DNA from: a bacterium
GTDB lineage: Bacteria > Oederibacteriota > PGYV01 > Palsa-1178
Length of the DNA stretch: 64,000 nt
NCBI GenBank assembly: GCA_037138355.1
Contig: JBAXIL010000001.1
Coordinates: 1-64,000, forward strand
Reading direction: 5' to 3'
Under the pieces are notes generated by a model. The model was not told the DNA's origin and did no database searches. It was given only the letters and a program-made list of their open reading frames with translations. Both the position numbers and the translations under genes were made by a program. Positions within the stretch are counted from its first letter, which is position 1, and every line of letters begins with the position of its first letter. Below are positions 1-9,335 of this stretch, piece by piece.

Positions 1-1
1 A

Positions 2-874
2 TATCCAACAGCAACAAACACAGCAGGAATATCAACAAACACATTTACACCTACAGCAACATTTACAAAAACAAATACTCCGCCAATAGGCTCAACAAAT
101 ACATTTACACCAAGTGTAACAAATACAGTACCAGCAGGTTCAACAAATACATTTACACCAACATATACAATGACAGCGGTTTCAAATCCATCACTTTCTG
201 TGGTAATTTCTGTACCTACAAATGTAACAGTAGGACAGCAGTTGACAGTTAGTATGGTAGTTACTAACAATGGCAATGCTGCAATCTCAGGAGTTTTACC
301 TGCACCTCTTGTTATAACTGGAAACACATCTTCTTTACAACCTGTAAGTACTCCTCCACCATCTGCTGGAAGTCTCGCAGTTGGAGCAAGCACAACATTT
401 ACTTGGGTATATAATGTAGTAGCTGAAGGTAATGTGACTATAAAAGGAACAGCGTCTGGCAATAGCAATGCAGTCGTAAGTCCTGATAGCAATATTGCAG
501 CAGCATCATTGAAACCTACAGTACCAACACCAGCACAGACAATAGCTTTCTTTGTTCCTGTAGATACGAGAACACCAGTTGTTCTTATTTATCCTAATCC
601 AAATCCAACACCAGGAACAACGCCAGATAGAGTAATTGTATTTACAGTAACAAAACCAGTATCAAAAACTGTGTTTAAAATATATACAAGTATGGGTAGA
701 TTGATAAGAAAATATGAAAACCCTACAACATATTCGCAGGGTGGAAAAGCAATAGTTGTTCCAGGAGTTTACTTTCAGGGTATGGCAAGAGGCGTATATT
801 ATTATGTGATAATAATAACGGATGCTTCAGGAAAAGAAGCAAAGTCACCTATAGCAAAAGTAGTAATTCAATAA
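2..874 (+). CDS. 5'-truncated secreted protein: Thr/Pro-rich linker, Ig-like (DUF11/CARDB-like) domain, T9SS type A-like C-terminal sorting domain
   Basis: Frame 2 is open from base 2 (YPTATNTAGISTNTFTPT...) into ORF 170..874. The C-terminus has YPNP...KIYTSMGRLIRK...GVYYYVI...KVVIQ. Confidence 0.8.
   Translation, partial: YPTATNTAGISTNTFTPTATFTKTNTPPIGSTNTFTPSVTNTVPAGSTNTFTPTYTMTAVSNPSLSVVISVPTNVTVGQQLTVSMVVTNNGNAAISGVLPAPLVITGNTSSLQPVSTPPPSAGSLAVGASTTFTWVYNVVAEGNVTIKGTASGNSNAVVSPDSNIAAASLKPTVPTPAQTIAFFVPVDTRTPVVLIYPNPNPTPGTTPDRVIVFTVTKPVSKTVFKIYTSMGRLIRKYENPTTYSQGGKAIVVPGVYFQGMARGVYYYVIIITDASGKEAKSPIAKVVIQ
32..158 (+). repeat. Three degenerate copies of TCAACAAAYACATTTAC encoding STNTFTP in the Thr-rich linker
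   Basis: Copies begin near 32, 92 and 139; an in-frame coding repeat. Confidence 0.7.
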
Positions 875-920
875 AAATGGTCATTGTCACAAAGGCAATT
901 GCCAGTGATATAGAAAAATA

Positions 921-954
921 AAAAAATGCCTGGCTTAGAAGCCAGGCTTTTTTT
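921..954 (+). terminator. Rho-independent terminator
   Basis: GCCTGGC-ttagaa-GCCAGGC stem (928-947) followed by a T run and preceded by an A run. Confidence 0.85.
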
Positions 955-975
955 ATTTTATCTTAAAAAGTATTA

Positions 976-992
976 TTGAAACTTTGTTTCAA
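976..992. promoter_or_regulatory. Candidate operator palindrome TTGAAAC-N3-GTTTCAA
   Basis: Perfect 7-bp inverted repeat about 60 bp upstream of the predicted -35 of the 1135 operon. Confidence 0.4.
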
Positions 993-1054
993 ATTCAGAG
1001 TGGCATAAAATGCTTATAAGTATATTATTAATAAGCGTTTTAATGAGAATGCTA

Positions 1055-1084
1055 TTGACTAAAAGCATAAGGGTTTGGTATAAT
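1055..1084 (+). promoter_or_regulatory. Sigma-70-type promoter of the outer-membrane protein/CBM operon
   Basis: TTGACT-N18-TATAAT with an extended -10 TG; AAGGAG RBS before ATG 1135. Confidence 0.7.
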
Positions 1085-1134
1085 AAATTCAATATTTTTA
1101 TAGGGAATGCTATTAAATATATTAAGGAGAAAGC

Positions 1135-3549
1135 ATGAAAAGGACACACCTAATTTACGCTTTTATTTTCCTTTCCATCTTTATTATACCAATATACGCA
1201 GGAGAGACAGAGGATATGTTTATTCCCCAGTCGTCTATAGTATATGAAGATTTTTATCAAATTGCACAAGCCGGTTTAATAAAATCAGTTCCAGCAGAAC
1301 AATTCAGAATTAGTCCAATGACAGAATATGATGCGGCAGGATATATGGTTGAAGCCGCTGCGCAGTATGCTCAGGCAGGCGGACCTACGGAAGTAAATAG
1401 TCAGATGGTAGCAAAAATAAAACAGTACTACAATATATACAGAAAAAAAGCTTTTGAGATATATGGAAAGACAATGGAAATGAGAAAGAAACTTGCCAAT
1501 ATAGAAAAACTTCTTAAATCTCCTGATATAAAAGCCTTTGATGAAACTCTCACAGAAGCAAAGGCAGCTATGTTTGATGTAGAAACAGAATTTGCAAATA
1601 CCACTTTTAGAGGAGTTCCTCCTTTTAAAGTTATGGGTATGCTTCAAGCAAGATGGCAGGATGTTGAAACATTTGGAATAACTCACGCACATCACACTTC
1701 TCTTGGCGGAACACTAATGTCACTTTGGACAGAAGGAATTGTTTCTCCTGATGTGAGTTTTAAACTTAATTTGAATTTTGAAAGACCAGCAGACGAAGCG
1801 AAAAAAAATACTTTTGGCGAATACTGGGGAACAGGACAAAGATTTCTTGATAAATATACAATCAATCTTAATCTCTACGGTTGGCAGATTTTTACAGGCT
1901 TTTTCTGGGAAGATATTACACCATTTATAGCAAAAGGAGTTCTCTCGGATAGACCAGCTTTGTTTGATCGTGACCCTTATGTACTTGAAGAAACAACAAA
2001 AGGACATTTTGAAAACGCATTCTTGCACTCTTTTGTTAAGCGCGGAGATATTTGGTCTAAACATGGTTTTTATGGTGTAGAGTTTATGAATATGGCTCTT
2101 CCAACAGGCGCTAGATTAAAAATTATGGGTGGTAAAGCAGAAAAGTTTGATGAGCAATATGATAAACTTTATTTATATGAATTTGCAGGAAGGGTAACGC
2201 AACCAATAGATTTAGGTATATTTAGCGGAAGTGAAGTATCACTTAACTTCTTTAATACCTCAAATGAAAAAGCAGAAATAGAAACTCTTGCACCAACTTC
2301 TCCAGATAATAATTTTCCCCCAAGTCCTGATGGCTATATACAGGCGTCTACTATTGTGGGTGGAGATGCTAAAATTAAAATTTTTAATGTCTTTAATATA
2401 AATGGTGAGTTTGAACATGCGGACACATTTAGTTATTTATTAAAACAGCCAGTGGGCGTATTCGGTTCTCCTCCATATTTTCTACCACGATATCATCAAG
2501 AAGGTACGGCTATGTTTGTTAATGCTTTAATAAAAGAAGTAATCCCTGTAACTGTAGAGCTTAAATATACAAGAATAGATCCTAATTATATTGCGAATTC
2601 TTCTGCTATCAATGATACTACAAGAAGAAGCGTTAATTTGGCAGGAGATGGAGTTGATTTAAAATGGGATACTTATGCTGGCGATCCTACACTCCTATAT
2701 AATAACTTATCAAGATTAGATGCGAGAGCAACAATTGAAATGCCAGTTTCTATGGGCTTTATTAATCTATGTTATGGAAACTCCGGTCAGATAAATCCAA
2801 CTACGAATAGAATATTTGTTGATCACTTTCTTTTTGGAAACAGATTAACAGGAGCTATGTGGTGGCAGTTATTTTATAGCCAATACGGATATCCTGTGCC
2901 AGGAAGAGATAGTGGTTTCTATGCATATAATGCCATTGATCATCCACAAATAGCTGGTGCCGGAACTGGAATGAGATATATATTTACTGATAAATGGTTA
3001 ACAAATAAAGAAATGATAAAATCAACTGATCCAAACTCTGCATCTGGTGACGATCAGTCACAAAAGTTTACATCAAATATATCAGTGGAGCTTAAGTTTT
3101 CACTGCATAAACTATTGGCTGCAATGGGAATCCCATCAAACAATCTATTTCTTGAAATATATGATGAGATGACTACATTAAGGTCAGGTAATGATATGAT
3201 GCCAACTTTTGATCCGCGTACTTTATTTTCACAGAATATTTTTGATTCGTTTATAGTTTACAACCTAACAAGAAAAACAAACATAATGTTTGAATACGCT
3301 TTTGAGAGATGGGCTACCAGAAACTCTTGGGTGGCATACGCAACAGGGGCTACCCCAACTGGATACCTTTATGAATCTATACCTATAGATTATATGGATC
3401 AGAATTTCGGTGTTGGTTTTGATTATGATTTTGCACCAAGAACTTCATTATTCATGAGAGTTAAGAAGTTTATACATAATGATTTGGTTGTAAAGTCACA
3501 AAGTTTTGATGGTTGGTATCTTGGCTTTGAAATTAAAAATTTCTTCTAA
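1135..3549 (+). CDS. Outer-membrane beta-barrel protein with N-terminal SLH-like motif and coiled coil (putative carbohydrate porin)
   Basis: Signal peptide; IVYEDFYQIAQAGLIK...PMTEYDAA resembles SLH; helical linker; amphipathic strands ending YLGFEIKNFF (terminal Phe). Confidence 0.65.
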   Translation: MKRTHLIYAFIFLSIFIIPIYAGETEDMFIPQSSIVYEDFYQIAQAGLIKSVPAEQFRISPMTEYDAAGYMVEAAAQYAQAGGPTEVNSQMVAKIKQYYNIYRKKAFEIYGKTMEMRKKLANIEKLLKSPDIKAFDETLTEAKAAMFDVETEFANTTFRGVPPFKVMGMLQARWQDVETFGITHAHHTSLGGTLMSLWTEGIVSPDVSFKLNLNFERPADEAKKNTFGEYWGTGQRFLDKYTINLNLYGWQIFTGFFWEDITPFIAKGVLSDRPALFDRDPYVLEETTKGHFENAFLHSFVKRGDIWSKHGFYGVEFMNMALPTGARLKIMGGKAEKFDEQYDKLYLYEFAGRVTQPIDLGIFSGSEVSLNFFNTSNEKAEIETLAPTSPDNNFPPSPDGYIQASTIVGGDAKIKIFNVFNINGEFEHADTFSYLLKQPVGVFGSPPYFLPRYHQEGTAMFVNALIKEVIPVTVELKYTRIDPNYIANSSAINDTTRRSVNLAGDGVDLKWDTYAGDPTLLYNNLSRLDARATIEMPVSMGFINLCYGNSGQINPTTNRIFVDHFLFGNRLTGAMWWQLFYSQYGYPVPGRDSGFYAYNAIDHPQIAGAGTGMRYIFTDKWLTNKEMIKSTDPNSASGDDQSQKFTSNISVELKFSLHKLLAAMGIPSNNLFLEIYDEMTTLRSGNDMMPTFDPRTLFSQNIFDSFIVYNLTRKTNIMFEYAFERWATRNSWVAYATGATPTGYLYESIPIDYMDQNFGVGFDYDFAPRTSLFMRVKKFIHNDLVVKSQSFDGWYLGFEIKNFF

Positions 3550-3565
3550 ATTGGAGGTATATTAA

Positions 3566-5758
3566 ATGTTAAAGAAAATTGCTATTTTACTCGCAGTATT
3601 ACTGGTGCCGGTTTTGATTATGTCTGCCGGTGATACAATTAGCCGTGACCAAAAGACTTATCAAGATTTGAAATCCTTAAGTGATGCTGGTATCATTACA
3701 AAACCACTTACAAAGGATAATTTAACAAGAGCCGAAGTAGTGGAGTACATAAATGACGGAGTTCATAATGTGCTTGCTGCTAATGTTTTAGCTACTTCGA
3801 CTTCGTCAGATACTGAACTCTCAGGGCAGATTGAAAAGCTGTATAATCTCGTTAAAGCATATATGACAGATATGATGAAAACACAGCAAAAGCTTGATTC
3901 TATAATAGAAACTATAGGTGATTTAAAAGTAAAAAAAGATTCGATTGAAAAAAGGCAAGATAAACTGTTGAGCTCTATGGGTATGAGAATTAATGGTGAG
4001 TCGTCAGCATATATGACAGATGTTCTTTTATTTGGAAGTAAATATATAGCAAATGCAGAGCCAGCAAAGCGTTATAGACCTATAACTCAGTATCTGGATT
4101 TGAAATTTTCCTTAAATGCTACAAAAGAATTATATGCAGAAGCCACATTTAGAGTTGAAAATCTTTATGGTGGTTTTTGGGGTTCTATGGACATACAGGG
4201 TTTAAAAAGATTTTTTATTCAGGGACAGTATCCTGTATCTTTTGTTTTTGGAGATTATCAAGGTAAATTAACACCTTATACATTGTGGGCTGTTGATGAT
4301 CAAAGACCTTATGAGGCAAAAATATTTTCTGATAAAAGAGATATGAACAAAAAAGAATTGTATCTTTTAGACAATACTTGGCCTTTATCAGGAGCAAAAG
4401 CTCAGACCATTTTGGAATTATTTGATACAGTGGATGTGGATATAACAGTTTTAGGTGCCAGACTTGGAGAGGGAATGAATTCAGGAGAACCTGCAAGAAG
4501 TTATTACCAACTATATAGTCCATCTCAGGGAGTATTTATGCCGAATCCATATAATCATGATGAATATTTGATTGGTGGAAGCATACATTCTGGAGTTTCT
4601 GATTTATTTAAATTAGGAGTTAACTATTCTGAAATAATTGATTCAAAAGACACAGGAACTTTTAGTTATGCCACTTTAGATAATTATGTAACATCAGCAG
4701 ATGGAGAGTTTAAAATAAAATTTGGTGATGATGGACAAGCAAAAGTAAAAGCAGAGTTTGCAAAATCAAGTTACACTAATAATAAATGGTTTCAAAATTA
4801 TATAACTGATACGGCTCTTAAAGGAGCAGCAGAAGCTACTTTTATGAATTCAACATTAGGCGTAAGTTATAGCTTAGTAGGAAACTCATATACAGCTTAT
4901 GCGGCCCAGACGCGCATGTCGGATGAAAGAAATAGTTATATGTATCTTACGCAGAATAATGCATGGAATATCACAACTGCACCACCTTCATATTTGTTGG
5001 GAGGAAAAACATATCCTTTCACAAGATATAATCCAGCAATTAATGTGAGTTATGGTAATTCAGCCGGTTCGGGTTCAACTGGTTTGGCATACAAGCAGGA
5101 AAATCTTTTCTATTTCCCAGTTTATGAAAACAATACAATGCCTTATGGAGATTCAACTCCGAACAGAAAAAATATTACAGTTAAATATTCAGGCAATTAT
5201 TTGGATGGTATTATCCAGCCTTCTATTCAATATGTCATGGCTAATGAAATCGTTTCTTCTTTAGATGTAACTTATACAGTAAAACCAAGAAACTTCACTG
5301 TTATAGAAGGCGGCGTGAAAAGTGAGTTTACGCTTGGCATTCCTTGGACGATTTCTGCCGGTTACAAAACGGAAAATACAGACAATGGCCAGACAAACTC
5401 TATAGCTTTAATTTCCAGTACTATTGATGCTGGCATTGAGGGAACAATTATTAAAAAGAAATTAAAAGCATATGCTGGCTACAAGAATATAGCATTTGCA
5501 GGTTCTGAATATGGTGTAGCTTGGAATGCTATGAGCTTTAGTTATAAATATGGTTTGCGTAAATATGATGCTACTATAACAAGTATGGGAGCTGGCGTGG
5601 AGTATTATATAGCCAAGCCTGCTGTTATAGGAGTTTCATTCACAAACACAGTCTTAGCAGATAAAAATAACAAGACATTAACGGATTTTTTGAATAATAC
5701 AAAACCATTAAGCTACAGTGTGCAGGAATTGGATATAAAGGTTTCAATAAGCTTCTAA
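3566..5758 (+). CDS. Outer-membrane beta-barrel protein with N-terminal SLH-like motif and coiled coil (putative carbohydrate porin)
   Basis: GGAGG RBS; signal peptide; TYQDLKSLSDAGII...LTRAEVV is SLH-like; coiled coil leads into MRINGE; ends LDIKVSISF. Confidence 0.7.
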   Translation: MLKKIAILLAVLLVPVLIMSAGDTISRDQKTYQDLKSLSDAGIITKPLTKDNLTRAEVVEYINDGVHNVLAANVLATSTSSDTELSGQIEKLYNLVKAYMTDMMKTQQKLDSIIETIGDLKVKKDSIEKRQDKLLSSMGMRINGESSAYMTDVLLFGSKYIANAEPAKRYRPITQYLDLKFSLNATKELYAEATFRVENLYGGFWGSMDIQGLKRFFIQGQYPVSFVFGDYQGKLTPYTLWAVDDQRPYEAKIFSDKRDMNKKELYLLDNTWPLSGAKAQTILELFDTVDVDITVLGARLGEGMNSGEPARSYYQLYSPSQGVFMPNPYNHDEYLIGGSIHSGVSDLFKLGVNYSEIIDSKDTGTFSYATLDNYVTSADGEFKIKFGDDGQAKVKAEFAKSSYTNNKWFQNYITDTALKGAAEATFMNSTLGVSYSLVGNSYTAYAAQTRMSDERNSYMYLTQNNAWNITTAPPSYLLGGKTYPFTRYNPAINVSYGNSAGSGSTGLAYKQENLFYFPVYENNTMPYGDSTPNRKNITVKYSGNYLDGIIQPSIQYVMANEIVSSLDVTYTVKPRNFTVIEGGVKSEFTLGIPWTISAGYKTENTDNGQTNSIALISSTIDAGIEGTIIKKKLKAYAGYKNIAFAGSEYGVAWNAMSFSYKYGLRKYDATITSMGAGVEYYIAKPAVIGVSFTNTVLADKNNKTLTDFLNNTKPLSYSVQELDIKVSISF

Positions 5759-5805
5759 ACTATTTGATAAAAAAGAAATTAATTATAATTTAAAGGAGAA
5801 TGACT

Positions 5806-6549
5806 ATGAAAAAGACAATTGCATTAGTAACAGTTTTAGCAGTAATGTTTTCAGCTTTAGCGTTTGCAGAAAAAGCAACAACATCGCTTCCTCTGATTAC
5901 AGGAGCAATGACTATCGATGGTTCACTTGCGGATTGGCAAGCATGTGGTATCAAGCCAGTAACAATTAATACACCAGCACAGGTCGCAATAGGCGTACCG
6001 TATTGGCTTGGGGCAGAAAAACAGTCTGGCGAAGTTTATGTAGCTTTTTCAGAAACCACACTTTATATAGCGGCAAAAGTTAAGAGTGTAAAGGGATTAA
6101 AAAATGTAAATACAGAAGGAAAAATATATGATGGAAACGGCGTAGAACTTTTTATTGGATTTGATAACAGTGATCCAAGCAGAGAAATGTATACTGAAAC
6201 AGATTATCAGTTAGGTTTTTCAACAGGAGATTACTCAAAAGCAAATAAAAAGTTTGCTGTACAACCATCTGTGAGAGCATTTAATTTAAATAAACAGGTA
6301 GATGGTGCTGTAATAGTTGCTAAACCAGTAGAGGGTGGATATATTATAGAAGCATCAGTGCCAGCAGCATTTCTTGCTGGTTATGATGTGAAAAATGGTG
6401 GCGATATATCATTTGACATAGGCATAGATGATATAGGCGATAAAGGACTTGTTCGTAAAGTTCAAATGACATGGTCAGGCGATAAAGACGGATGGAAAAA
6501 TCCTAAAGGTTGGGGCAAGGCAAATATAAAAGCAATAGCGTGCAAATAA
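5806..6549 (+). CDS. Exported CBM9-like (DOMON-type) sugar-binding protein
   Basis: Signal peptide; TIDGSLADW, LYIAAKV, GNGVELFI, GYIIEASVP and FDIGIDD motifs. Start 5806 chosen from GGAG spacing. Confidence 0.75.
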   Translation: MKKTIALVTVLAVMFSALAFAEKATTSLPLITGAMTIDGSLADWQACGIKPVTINTPAQVAIGVPYWLGAEKQSGEVYVAFSETTLYIAAKVKSVKGLKNVNTEGKIYDGNGVELFIGFDNSDPSREMYTETDYQLGFSTGDYSKANKKFAVQPSVRAFNLNKQVDGAVIVAKPVEGGYIIEASVPAAFLAGYDVKNGGDISFDIGIDDIGDKGLVRKVQMTWSGDKDGWKNPKGWGKANIKAIACK

Positions 6550-6590
6550 ACGCATTAATAAATAAAAATATTTTGGAGGTGTAGATTAAG

Positions 6591-7667
6591 ATGAAAAAAT
6601 TTTTGACAATGGCTTTGGTTGTTTTAGTTGTTTTAGCAATGGTGACTATTGGTTGTAACAAAAAGAAAAATATACCATTGACACCTTCTGATTTTGGAAC
6701 AGCAACGACAGTTGTAGCTGCAACTATGACATTTACAAATACGCCTTATTCTGGAACCGCTACTTCTACGATTGCAGTACCAACGGTGACTTTTACAGTG
6801 ACAGTTTCAGTGCCTGCATGGCCTTCAGGTTTTATTGATGACTGTGAGGATACATTTGCACCTAATGCTAATAATTATAATGGTGCTAATCCAACCCTGA
6901 ACCTCGGCGGATATTGGGTAACTTACGATGATAATAGTAATACAAATAGTGGAACTTCGTATGTATGGCCAATGTCACAGACATGGGCGACAAGAAAACT
7001 TATTGGAGATCCAGCAGGAACTCCTCCATATGCAAACCCACCATTTGCAATGTCAGCACCAGGATATTCTGGCTCACTATATGGTACTGCTTTTGCGGTA
7101 AATGTTACAGGTTATGTTACTACTAATCTGATAACTCCTCCAGGTGAATCAGCAGGTGGATTTAAATATGGATTTATTGGTTTTGGAACTCAGCTTACAG
7201 TTACAGCAGGAGAGCCAACTTGTAATGAAGTTGATATCTCTGCATACACAGGCGTAAGATTCTGGTGCAAAGGTGATGCAGTTGCTAATGGTTGGAGTGT
7301 CAAAATACCATTTACAACAACTACGAACAGTAATTGTGATGGAACTGTATCAACCACAGCGTCATCTTTAGTACAAAGTGATGATTATAAACATACATTT
7401 ACAGCTCCTGCTACTTGGACACAAATATCTTTCACTTTCGCGCAATTTACTCAAGAAGGTTGGGGTATTGCGGTAAGTATTGCTGATGGTAGATATTGGC
7501 AGGGTTGTTCGGCTACTCATGTAGGAACAACACCAGGATGGCTTGCTACATGTCCTGTATCAACTATAATTCAACATGTAAAGCAGATACAATTCCAGTC
7601 AGTAGGACAAGCAGTAGTTTATCCTACTGTAAGAACCATATGGGTAGATGATTTAGAACTTTTCTAA
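6591..7667 (+). CDS. Lipoprotein with Thr-rich linker and CBM11/CIA30-like carbohydrate-binding domain
   Basis: Lipobox TIG-C; IDDCED, GGYWVTYDD, DISAYTGVRFWCKG, WTQISFTFAQFTQEGWG and IWVDDLELF motifs. Confidence 0.75.
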   Translation: MKKFLTMALVVLVVLAMVTIGCNKKKNIPLTPSDFGTATTVVAATMTFTNTPYSGTATSTIAVPTVTFTVTVSVPAWPSGFIDDCEDTFAPNANNYNGANPTLNLGGYWVTYDDNSNTNSGTSYVWPMSQTWATRKLIGDPAGTPPYANPPFAMSAPGYSGSLYGTAFAVNVTGYVTTNLITPPGESAGGFKYGFIGFGTQLTVTAGEPTCNEVDISAYTGVRFWCKGDAVANGWSVKIPFTTTTNSNCDGTVSTTASSLVQSDDYKHTFTAPATWTQISFTFAQFTQEGWGIAVSIADGRYWQGCSATHVGTTPGWLATCPVSTIIQHVKQIQFQSVGQAVVYPTVRTIWVDDLELF

Positions 7668-7679
7668 AATATTTTAATA

Positions 7680-7710
7680 TCTGGGGAACGGTGATAAACC
7701 GTTCCCCAGA
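7680..7710. promoter_or_regulatory. Strong intergenic hairpin without U-tail (mRNA stabiliser or partial terminator)
   Basis: Perfect 13-bp stem TCTGGGGAACGGT-gataa-ACCGTTCCCCAGA. Confidence 0.65.
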
Positions 7711-7737
7711 GTAATTAATATAAAGAGGTGATTTCGA

Positions 7738-8403
7738 GTGAAAAGATTATTTAGTTTTATCCCAGTACTTATAATATTTTTTATTATCAGTTCCTGTTCA
7801 GGTGTTTTTATTGTAAAAACTCCTAAATTAACAGGTGGTAAAATCGAAAAGATAGGATATGTGGCTAAAAAAGCACCTGTGCTTTTTGATGATTTTGAAG
7901 CTGGCACAGTAGTAGGTGCATATGCTTATGCAAACTCTGCTGGTGCAGCCTCAGCTAAACTAATGATTAGTGAACCCCCAGTGGATGTTTCACACGGTGG
8001 TAAATATGCTGCTAAAGCTGTATTTGATACTGGTACTAATGCTGATTGGGGTTGTGGTTTTGGAGCACAGTCAACATACGGTGGCGGGTATATAGATGCT
8101 ACTGGTCGCGAGTATTTAAGTATGTGGGTAAAAGTAAATGAAGGTGTTGCATATTATATATTTGTAAATGAGGCCAATGCAAATGGTGCAGATGGTGAGT
8201 TTTGGAATGGTACATTGTTGATAGGAACTGGAAATTGGCAGTTGTATGAAGTACCACTTGAGGATTTCTACAAAAATATATATTCTGGAACACAAGGCGG
8301 AAATGGAGTTTTAGATTTATCAGGAATTGGAACAGTAGGGGCACAGTTAGGTGGAGCACAGGGTAATGGCGAATTCATGATGGATGATATAACATTTAGA
8401 TAA
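7738..8403 (+). CDS. CBM11-like carbohydrate-binding lipoprotein
   Basis: GTG start with GAGGTG RBS; lipobox ISS-C; FDDFEAG, DGEFW, WQLYEVPLEDF and MDDITF motifs. Confidence 0.75.
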   Translation: MKRLFSFIPVLIIFFIISSCSGVFIVKTPKLTGGKIEKIGYVAKKAPVLFDDFEAGTVVGAYAYANSAGAASAKLMISEPPVDVSHGGKYAAKAVFDTGTNADWGCGFGAQSTYGGGYIDATGREYLSMWVKVNEGVAYYIFVNEANANGADGEFWNGTLLIGTGNWQLYEVPLEDFYKNIYSGTQGGNGVLDLSGIGTVGAQLGGAQGNGEFMMDDITFR

Positions 8404-8444
8404 AAAATTTTATAGGATTGATAAGTAATAATCAGGAGGATAAA

Positions 8445-9107
8445 TTGAAAAAAATATCATTAATAGCAATTTTGACAGCAGCAGTAATTTTATTAAATGG
8501 TTGCGCTGGCATGGTTTCTTTTAGAAATCCAAATAAGGCAAAAGTTGTTAAAATAGCTGGGCAATCACAAGTAGTCCAACCAGTAAAATATGAGGATTTT
8601 GAAAATGGAACTTTAGTTGGATCTTACGGATACCAAAACACTGCAGGTGGTGCAGCCGTTAAATACATGATAAGCGATCCTTCGACAGATAAAGCACATG
8701 ACGGACAATATTGTGGTAAGGCAGTCTATGACACTGGAACAAACTCTGATTGGGGTTGCGGTTTTGGTTCGGGTTCATCATATGGAGCAGGTTATTTTGA
8801 TGCTACTGGCAGGGAATATGTAACATTTTGGGCGAAACTTCCTGAAAACTTTACTTTTTATGTTTTTATAAATGAAGCAGCTGCTAATGGGGCTGATGGT
8901 GAAAACTGGAGTGGTCCATCAATTACTGGTTCTGGAAAGTGGATTGAATATACAGTCCCATTTGATGAGTTCTTCAAAAATGTCTATGCGGGAAATCAAA
9001 TGGGTAATAATACTTTTGATCCACCTGGTATAGGACAGGTAGGTTTTCAGTTAGGTGGAAATCAGGGTAAATCTATTTTCTTGGTGGATGATATTTGGTT
9101 CAAATAA
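8445..9107 (+). CDS. CBM11-like carbohydrate-binding lipoprotein, paralog of 7738..8403
   Basis: TTG start after AGGAGGA; lipobox LNG-C; shares DTGTNxDWGCGFG, DATGREY and NEAxANGADGE with the upstream gene. Confidence 0.75.
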   Translation: MKKISLIAILTAAVILLNGCAGMVSFRNPNKAKVVKIAGQSQVVQPVKYEDFENGTLVGSYGYQNTAGGAAVKYMISDPSTDKAHDGQYCGKAVYDTGTNSDWGCGFGSGSSYGAGYFDATGREYVTFWAKLPENFTFYVFINEAAANGADGENWSGPSITGSGKWIEYTVPFDEFFKNVYAGNQMGNNTFDPPGIGQVGFQLGGNQGKSIFLVDDIWFK

Positions 9108-9125
9108 TAAAAGACTATAAAATAT

Positions 9126-9155
9126 AAAAAAACGGGCGAAAGCCCGTTTTTTTTT
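9126..9155 (+). terminator. Rho-independent terminator closing the 1135-9107 operon
   Basis: A7-CGGGC-gaaa-GCCCG-T9. Confidence 0.9.
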
Positions 9156-9335
9156 ATAAAAAATTTTGAAAATATATAATAGCAATAAAATATAGTAATA
9201 ATATAATTTGTTTTGGTTAATTGAATTTGTGGTTTTTTGTAAATTCGAAACTTTTTTTTGATATTATTGTCATATTAATAGGACTTAATATAAGATTTTG
9301 TTTTAAATTTTTTTATTATGAAAGGTTAAAATGTA

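Noticed and set aside
885..908. Small palindrome GGCAATTGCC flanked by TCAC/GTGA
   Set aside because: Short, next to a clearer terminator, and without independent support.
1135..5758. Calling the two barrels SusC/TonB-dependent receptors
   Set aside because: No recognisable TonB box, plug motif or SusD partner; the N-termini are helical instead.
7681..7710. GATAAACCG and TTCCCC fragments reminiscent of a type I-E CRISPR repeat
   Set aside because: Single copy, no spacers and no cas genes; explained as a simple hairpin.
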